A DNA stretch of 62,934 bases, the filler included, from Octopus bimaculoides (Eukaryota), in NCBI RefSeq assembly GCF_001194135.2. It is 7 parts of 7 records of this genome, joined end to end, with 100 filler letters (N's around TTAATTAATTAA, not from the genome) between each part and the next. Parts side by side here need not be neighbours in the genome. Positions count along the whole stretch, not along the records: positions 50,310 to 55,353 come from NC_069009.1; positions 55,454 to 61,426 come from NC_068982.1; positions 61,527 to 62,934 come from NW_026432242.1; 4 more parts are not named here. One strand, given 5' to 3'. Positions 54,905-62,934 of the stretch are shown here, one piece after another. The position numbers were made by a program, and so were the translations under genes. Position 1 is the stretch's first letter, and every line of letters begins with the position of its first letter. The notes below the pieces were generated by a model. That model saw only the letters and a program-made list of their open reading frames with translations, did no database searches and was not told the DNA's origin.

Positions 54905-55026
54905 CCCCACAAGCTATAGTGTCCAATCCAACAGCAGGATTAATTGAGGCAACAACAGTGGCCATCACCTTTGATGGGGTTGACCCTAATTCACTCCTCA
55001 TCCGTGGCAAATTCAATGGATATAAG
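54905..55026 (+). CDS. Isolated internal exon encoding the first half of a fibronectin type III domain, neuroglian/L1-NrCAM-like
   Basis: Acceptor TTATTTCAG| at 54904 and donor AAG|GTAAGT at 55026/55027. Phase 1 start and phase 0 end, typical of split FN3 domains. Translation xPQAIVSNPTAGLIEATTVAITFDGVDPNSLLIRGKFNGYK ends in an RGxFxGYK motif seen in L1-family FN3 repeats. Confidence 0.65.
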
Positions 55027-55082
55027 GTAAGTTAGTTTTATCTTAACTTTTGAGAATTTTTTCCTTGTTATTTGTGGATTGG

Positions 55083-55099
<17 letters not shown>

Positions 55100-55115
<16 letters not shown>

Positions 55116-55353
55116 GTTTAACGTCCGCTTTCCATGCTAGCATGGGTTGGACGATTTGACTGAGGACTGGTGAAACCAGATGGCTACACCAGGCTCCAAT
55201 CTGATTTGGCAGAGTTTCTACAGCTGGATGCCCTTCCTAACGCCAACCACTCAGAGAGTGTAGTGGGTGCTTTTATGTGTCGCCCGCATGAAGGCCAGTC
55301 AGGCGGTACTGGCAACAGCCATACTCAAAATGGTGTATTTTATGTGCCACCTG
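55100..55353 (-). mobile_element. RTE-associated SINE family E ending in (GAT)n
   Basis: Minus strand ends CGTCCAACCCATGCTAGCATGGAAAGCGGACGTTAAACGATGATGAT, an RTE-like 3' end. Near-identical copy at 32600-32822 and upstream portion at 51748-52050. Confidence 0.75.
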
Positions 55354-55753
55354 NNNNNNNNNNNNNNNNNNNNNNNNNNNNNNNNNNNNNNNNNNNNTTA
55401 ATTAATTAANNNNNNNNNNNNNNNNNNNNNNNNNNNNNNNNNNNNNNNNNNNNAAATGTGTGTGTGTGTGTATTGTGTGTGTGCACGCGCGCGTGTCGTG
55501 ATGTCTGTATATTTACGGTAAGTTACGATGCGACAACTTTTATTATACAAAACATTTTAATGTTGATACACTTTCACAATTCTAAAAGTAATCATTGATA
55601 TCCTGCAGTGACGACATTGATGTTGACGATGACGAAATTAAAGTTGATTACGATGAAATCGAGATAGACGACAAGGCAGCCGAGACTGAAGATATGGAAA
55701 CTGAGGCTGACATTGACGAATTTGAGGGGGGGGGGAATCCCGCGCGCGCGCGT

Positions 55754-55785
<32 letters not shown>

Positions 55786-57019
55786 AAGAGAGTGGAGGAG
55801 TGAATGAGAGACAGCAGATGTTACAAAGTGATAAGTGATTCAAGGTCTGGGAATTTTGTAAATGGCACTTATCAAAGTGTCATACACGAAACTTTTAGAC
55901 CTTGAGTCACTTTGTATATTCTGCTTGTTAAAAATAATCTTTAAAATATGTATACTCATGTACTGAGTTCTGTTTATCTTGTTTGTACTGATTATGAATA
56001 CCAACAAGATAGCTAAGAGAAAACACCCCAAGGGAGCGTTCTGTAACGTTCTGTCTCGTGTATGTACGAGTGTGAAGTATATGTGTGAGGGTGTCTTTTA
56101 CCGATATATATCAGCGAAGAGAATTAACATCGGAGAGAAAATCGAAAAACTCACACCGTCAGAAATTTAGTGAACCAGTAAGTGATCCATTTGAAACCTT
56201 TAACTGGTGACACTGTTGATCACAACTTTTATATAAAATAAATAAATTTGTGTCTGTTATTACTATTAAATCTAAATGTTGCGAAGGTGCCTGGTTTAGT
56301 GGTTAGGCTATCTGGCTCACGTTCATAAGGTCGTGAGTTCGATTCTCGGCGGCGCGTTGTGTTCTTGAGCAAAACACTCCATTTCACGTTGCTCCAGCCC
56401 ACTCAGCTGGCAAAAATGAGTTTTACCTGTATATAATTCACTACATATTTATGTCTATTCTATTTCTTCTCTTGAATATTAACATTTCTTAAATATTTAT
56501 AACACTGTATTTTTTCTCTATTATTATTTTTATATACCATTATATATAAGAAATCATTTATATATAACCTCGTGTATATCNNNNNNNNNNNNNNNNNNNN
56601 NNNNNNNNNNNNNNNNNNNNNNNNNNNNNNNNNNNNNNNNNNNNNNNNNNNNNNNNNNNNNNNNNNNNNNNNNNNNNNNNNNNNNNNNNNNNNNNNNNNN
56701 NNNNNNNNNNNNNNNNNNNNNNNNNNNNNNNNNNNNNNNNNNNNNNNNNNNNNNNNNNNNNNNNNNNNNNNNNNNNNNNNNNNNNNNNNNNNNNNNNNNN
56801 NNNNNNNNNNNNNNNNNNNNNNNNNNNNNNNNNNNNNNNNNNNNNNNNNNNNNNNNNNNNNNNNNNNNNNNNNNNNNNNNNNNNNNNNNNNNNNNNNNNN
56901 NNNNNNNNNNNNNNNNNNNNNNNNNNNNNNNNNNNNNNNNNNNNNNNNNNNNNNNNNNNNNNNNNNNNNNNNNNNNNNNNNNNNNNNNNNNNNNNNNNNN
57001 NTATATATATATATATGCA

Positions 57020-57575
57020 AGACGGCAAGCTGGCAGAATCATTAATACCAGACAAAATGCATTACAGTATTACTTCCGGCTCTTTACATCCTGGGTTCAA
57101 ATGTTGCCGAGGTCCACTGGGGTAGTTGTAATTGACACCTTTGACCTCGTTCAAAAACTTAGAAGGAAACGGCAGTGAGCAGACGAACTCGTGTGTATGC
57201 CAAACAAAATGCTTAGCGGTATTTCGTCCGTCTTTGCGGTCTGAGTTCAAATTCCGCTTAGATCGACTTTACCTGTCATCTTTTCGGGTCGACAAAATAA
57301 GTAGCAGTCGAGCATAGGGGTCGATGTAATCGACAAGCCCCTCCCCAAAAACTCCAAGTCATGTTCCAGTTAAAGAACTAGCAGAATCATTAAGACGTCG
57401 GACAAAATGCTTAGCAGCTATTCTTGTAGCATTACATCGTGAGTTCAAATACTGCTGAAGTCGACTTTGCTTTTTATCCTTTCAAGACCGATAGAATATA
57501 TACCAGTTGAGCACCAGTTTCGATGTAATCGGTTTACCCCTCTCCTAAAATTACTGGCCTTATACGTAAGTATGA
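57020..57575 (+). mobile_element. Three consecutive SINE family A copies
   Basis: GCAGAATCATTAA..CAAAATGC..GTTCAAAT blocks repeated three times. Confidence 0.75.
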
Positions 57576-58279
57576 AATCATTATATTTATATATAGCAAA
57601 ACCTCCATAATCTAGAAACCCCTAAAAAGTATTAACCCCTACCAAAATTAGAATCCCTGTGAAGGACAATTATGCAGTATTAATGTGTGGTATAATATAT
57701 CACAACAAAACCACCGTAAACCAAGATCCCGGGTACAAAAATTTCAATAAGATTCACAATCAACAAGCACAGCAAACGTACACTCGTCATCAGCTGCCTA
57801 ACACATATAATGGTTGACGTACATGCAATCTAAACTGAATAATTTTTATATTCTCAAGATATAACTACTCGCTTCAAAAATTAAAGCATTACGCACAATA
57901 AATTTGAAATAATGTTAAATATTTTCATAATGTAGGTTGTCACATATGTTATACAGGATAGCAAGACTTCATTTACCTGTGATTATTCATACATACCGTA
58001 GGTAGATAATGCTACTTTTGTTTAAAATCTAATATAACAATAAAGGAAGATAACTACAATAAAATCAACAAATTGACATTTTTGTAACAGAAAGCCTACC
58101 CAAATATAAGTACATCTTGTGTTAACAGTCGACTAGTGGAGGCAACAAATACGTTTTGGGCTTATTAAATGTCTTCAGTGAAGTATATTCTCCTCAGTTG
58201 GCAAGACATAGTGCTGTAATCAGTTTATCTCTGCGTATATGTGTGTGTGTGTTTATGTGCTTCTGTGTGTTCATGCGTT

Positions 58280-58319
<40 letters not shown>

Positions 58320-60013
58320 NNNNNNNNNNNNNNNNNNNNNNNNNNNNNNNNNNNNNNNNNNNNNNNNNNNNNNNNNNNNNNNNNNNNNNNNNNNNNNNNN
58401 NNNNNNNNNNNNNNNNNNNCTCTCTCTCGCTATCCCTTTCTCTTTCACTTTCTTCCAAACGTGAAATACTTGCAAACAACTTAGTATGTTTGCAGAAACA
58501 CTTAAAGATGTAAATTTAATACAAAAGTGAGATTTTAAAAGTGTCACTGCTTCTCACCTTTGATACACTATGACATTAAGACAAATGCTTTCTACTCTGG
58601 TGGCCCGATTCCCTCGCAGCGAGAGAATCTGATTTTGAGAAATTTTCTTGAAAACTAGGAACGTTTTTTTTTCTTATTTTTCGAGGACTACACAGCTTGA
58701 ATACATGACGGACCTAAAGTTAATGAACTTAAACAGGTCATCATTAAACGACACTTCGATGAAGAACTCAGCTTTAAGAAAGATATTCTTACTCTGTCTA
58801 TTATTTTATGTACCATTAAATCCAAAGTGTGGGATCCTCGTTCTATGGTATTTACGTTATCACCGATATTGCCGGATAATGGAGTATATATAGATCTGCT
58901 ATACTCATTACTATAGTCAACAGTCAGTGTCAAAGATGATCCAGAATAATGAATACTATTCACACGTCTTTTGTGCGGATATTATGATGTCAAAATTGGC
59001 TTTGCAAATCCTATTTAAGGCGGTGAAGTCGTACACTGCGCTGGCTTTTATTTTTTGTCTTACATGTTTCAGTCATTGGACTACTGCCATGCAAGGGCAC
59101 CGCCTTAAAAAGATTAGTCGAACATATCGATATCGATTCCCAGTACTTATTTTTCTTTAAGGTTGATACTTATGCTTTCGGTCTCTTTTGCCGAACCGCT
59201 AAGTTACGGGGATGTAAACAAACCAATATTTGTTGTCACGCAATGATGGGGTACAAACACATACACAAAGGCACACACACATACACACGCATATATATAT
59301 ANNNNNNNNNNNNNNNNNNNNNNNNNNNNNNNNNNNNNNNNNNNNNNNNNNNNNNNNNNNNNNNNNNNNNNNNNNNNNNNNNNNNNNNNNNNNNNNNNNN
59401 NNNNNNNNNNNNNNNNNNNNNNNNNNNNNNNNNNNNNNNNNNNNNNNNNNNNNNNNNNNNNNNNNNNNNNNNNNNNNNNNNNNNNNNNNNNNNNNNNNNN
59501 NNNNNNNNNNNNNNNNNNNNNNNNNNNNNNNNNNNNNNNNNNNNNNNNNNNNNNNNNNNNNNNNNNNNNNNNNNNNNNNNNNNNNNNNNNNNNNNNNNNN
59601 NNNNNNNNNNNNNNNNNNNNNNNNNNNNNNNNNNNNNNNNNNNNNNNNNNNNNNNNNNNNNNNNNNNNNNNNNNNNNNNNNNNNNNNNNNNNNNNNNNNN
59701 NNNNNNNNNNNNNNNNNNNNNNNNNNNNNNNNNNNNNNNNNNNNNNNNNNNNNNNNNNNNNNNNNNNNNNNNNNNNNNNNNNNNNNNNNNNNNNNNNNNN
59801 NNNNNNNNNNNNNNNNNNNNNNNNNNNNNNNNNNNNNNNNNNNNNNNNNNNNNNNNNNNNNNNNNNNNNNNNNNNNNNNNNNNNNNNNNNNNNNNNNNNN
59901 NNNNNNNNNNNNNNNNNNNNNNNNNNNNNNNNNNNNNNNNNNNNNNNNNNNNNNNNNNNNNNNNNNNNNNNNNNNNNNNNNATATATATATATAGCTGTA
60001 TATGTACGCGTGC

Positions 60014-60061
<48 letters not shown>

Positions 60062-60594
60062 AGAGAGGGGAAGGGGAGGGGAAAGGAAGGTAAGGTAGGG
60101 GAAAGGGAGGGAATGGAGAGGGAGAGAGATGGGAATTGATTAATTAATGATATAGTATCACTAGTAAAGTTTATATAGTTTTAACAGCCAACAAATTTGA
60201 AGTTAGATATCCAATGCTCAACCATTCGTTTTGGATCTTGACTCGAAGACATATGACTTTCGGCTTCGGCAGACATCTGCACATTGAAAAACAAAAATAG
60301 TCAAGATAAATTTCAGCAGATAAATTTAGTCAACTGCAGAATCATACAATAGAAATAAAAAAGGCACAATATTTATGCGCCAATAAAACATTGGCGAATC
60401 TCTTTCTTAAATATTCGTTTCTTAATAGGAATTTTGAGGTGGTTCCAATTTGTGAGACTAGGATTTATAAAATATATTAACACACATTCCATTTATGTGT
60501 ATATAAGAAAATTGTGGCATTTGTTTATATGTGTCTATAACTATGTGTGTGCATCAGTCTGAATAGTTGTGAGTGTGATGGATGGATGAATGGA

Positions 60595-60742
60595 TGGATC
60601 AAAACATTTTGATTCAAACTTGTTGATACTCCGAGTTTCAAGCGCGGTGCTAGTCATCAGCCATTTTGAATTTGAATGACAGAAGTTGAATCAACTTGAA
60701 ACTCGGAGTACCAACAAATTTGAATCAAACTGTTTTGATCCA
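60595..60742. repeat. Inverted repeat, 48-bp arms (45/48 matches) with a 52-bp spacer
   Basis: TGGATCAAAACATTTTGATTCAAACTTGTTGATACTCCGAGTTTCAAG versus the reverse complement of 60695-60742. Confidence 0.85.
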
Positions 60743-60991
60743 CATATGTAACTGCCAATAAATTTATTGAGTGCTCTTCTTTCGTTTGTCCACTCACTCA
60801 TGTTTGCAATGTCCTGTACCCAGATATGCACCTATATATACAGGTAGACGAAGGTATGCACATACCTGTACGTATATATGCATATACTCATTATTTGTTT
60901 TACATGATCGAACGCCTGCGCCATTCCCTGTAAGTAGTTTTGAACTTTATATTTTCTGACGCGACTCAATCTATCTCTATCTCTATAACTT

Positions 60992-61172
60992 TTTCCCCCT
61001 CTCGTTCTTCCTTCTGTTACTACTACGTATCTCTCTCTTTACCCCTCTCGTTCTTCCTTCTGTTGCTACTACGTATCTCTCTCTTTACCCCTCTCGTTCT
61101 TCCTTCTGTTACTACTATATCTCTCTCTTTCCCCCTCTCGTTCTTCCTTCTGTTACTACTATATTTCTCTCT
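60992..61172. repeat. About 45-bp pyrimidine-rich minisatellite, 4 copies
   Basis: CCCCTCTCGTTCTTCCTTCTGTTACTACT repeated with 44-46 bp spacing. Confidence 0.85.
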
Positions 61173-61526
61173 TCCTCTCGTTGCTCACCTATTTTCTACT
61201 TCCTCCCCTTGTTTCTCCCTCTACCACTCTCTCTTCCTTACCCCTCGTGGTCACATGTGTCCACTTACTAATTCTTTTCTTCCTTGGCCTTCGCCAAGCA
61301 AACACGCGAACTACTTCGTCCCGCTTCCAGTTCGTTGCTTCACAGCGTTCCACATACACATAATTTTTCACGTCTGGCCGTATAGCCTTTTCCGTTTGTT
61401 TTCCTCTCTTGTTTTCTTTCCCGTTTNNNNNNNNNNNNNNNNNNNNNNNNNNNNNNNNNNNNNNNNNNNNTTAATTAATTAANNNNNNNNNNNNNNNNNN
61501 NNNNNNNNNNNNNNNNNNNNNNNNNN

Positions 61527-62934
61527 GGACTTATTTCTGCAGTTGCAACTAGTGGAGCTATCAACCACACCTATATCTCTATTATTATTGCAACAATTAT
61601 TTACAATATTATTTATCCCATCATCAATTCTACTATTAGGTATATTTTGATCGTTATTTAACTTGTTTCCTGATGTGCTATCAGTTAGAATTATTCCTCC
61701 AACATTAGGCATATTGATATTATATGAACTAGATCCATGATTTCCATTATTTTCATAGGAGTTGAGCCAATCATCTACTTCAATTAAACTCTCAACATCA
61801 ATACTGCTACATTCTATTTGTTGGTTAAAATTATGGTTAGCAGGACTAAGCATATTATTATTATCCTCATAATTTCCATTGTCACTGTTATTTCTACTTC
61901 TATTTATATAATTACTAGCAATATTACTATTGGCATTTGTTAGATTATTATTTATATTCATATAACCATATCCACTATTCTTAACTTCATTGATTCTAGC
62001 TAACCTAATGTTCTTTTTGTTTAACCTAGCTATGATTGTACCTACATTGGGAAGGGTAGAGTAAGAAATTTGGACTGTATGACAAGAAAGAATTCTACTA
62101 TATCTGTGGGAAGAAGGGAATTTTTTTGTAAAATATTCATAAATTTTTTGTAAATATTCGTGGATATTGCACAGTTGAAAGGGATATTTAACCAGATAGA
62201 GTTTTTACTTTTTCTCTTAAATTTATTGTGTGAGTGAATATAGGGTATACTTTGATTACTATTATTTCCCAGGACAATATTATTATTATGATTGGTAGTT
62301 CTTTTTGTTGTGGAATACTTTTTATTTATATCATTTACTTCGCCATTACTATTTACTAACACAGGTTTACCACTAGTGTTAGCATGTAGTCTACTATTAA
62401 AATGTACTTTATTATTTTTCTTATTAGTTAAAATCTTAGGTATATAGGGTGGCTTTTTATTTGGTCCATCATCACTACTAATTAAGTTATTAGGCTTGTT
62501 ATTACATCTATGATTATTATTATTATTATTATTATTATCTATATCAAGAAGAGATGGCCTACCAAGACTAAGGAAAGAAATTTTCTGGTCAAATCCAGCT
62601 TTAGATAAAGCTACATTATAGTAGTTTGAATTAGAATTAAATATATCAATATTAGAAGATAATCTAGTAATTCTCTCAGAAATACTTTTAACTATAGAAT
62701 TTAATACATTTGGTGGGTGATTAAATAATCTATTTACATATCTAGTAACTTCATTCTCTTTTCTAAATTAGGGTACTATAATCTAGCGTCTATGTTAAGA
62801 GTGGCATCTAAAAAAATTAACAATCTTAGTACCATATTCATGTAATATTTAGGTTGAAACTTCTAAAAAATTTTCCAATTCTCATTCTTATTCTTTCAAT
62901 GAACGATTTATTATTACTAGGGATGATGAATAAA
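61527..62934 (-). mobile_element. Penelope-like element fragment: RT C-terminus/thumb, linker and Cys motif preceding GIY-YIG, with stops and frameshifts
   Basis: Minus-strand motifs in order: VNFLDATL, NHPPNVLNSIVKSISERITRLSS..YYNVALSKAGF, KRKSKNSIWLNIPFN..STNI, ISYSTLPNVGTII, CNCRNK (then gap). The order matches Penelope-like ORFs. Confidence 0.75.

Noticed and set aside
55592-55730. Acidic D/E-rich ORF
   Set aside because: Best explained as a decayed GAC/GAT repeat. No splice signals.
57600-58130. Possible decayed GIY-YIG peptide (GCHICYTG)
   Set aside because: Too many stops and only a single weak motif.
58140-58185. Minus-strand CTGAAGA..AAAACGTA hammerhead-like string
   Set aside because: Stems I and II do not pair and GAAA is absent.

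Overview
AT-rich, microsatellite-saturated eukaryotic genomic DNA. The SINE and microsatellite content looks like an Octopus genome (inference). Six 100-bp artificial joints (N44-TTAATTAATTAA-N44) split the window into seven pieces, so adjacency across them is not guaranteed. Host coding content is small: (1) a 1389-bp first coding exon of a class C GPCR resembling invertebrate GABA-B-R3 (13097-14485, +), with about 375 aa of low-complexity sequence between the signal peptide and the Venus-flytrap domain; (2) an isolated 122-bp FN3 exon resembling neuroglian/L1-family adhesion molecules (54905-55026, +). The rest is mobile DNA: at least five SINE families, an RTE LINE fragment, three clustered R4/Dong-like fragments beside (TAA)n, a degenerate NeSL/HERO-like relic, a possible Gypsy integrase relic and a Penelope-like RT fragment with Asn-rich expansions. 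The most interesting unexplained signal is a set of type I hammerhead ribozyme motifs. One has an intact core and a long extended stem I (46810-46854). A U3-A8 variant with a palindromic stem III occurs twice, in inverted orientation, inside a tandem/inverted ~365-bp unit (38637-39797). Three more are degenerate. There are also two fold-back hairpins and a (CCCTAA)n-(TTAGGG)n palindrome. All protein and RNA family calls come from visual motif recognition, not database searches.
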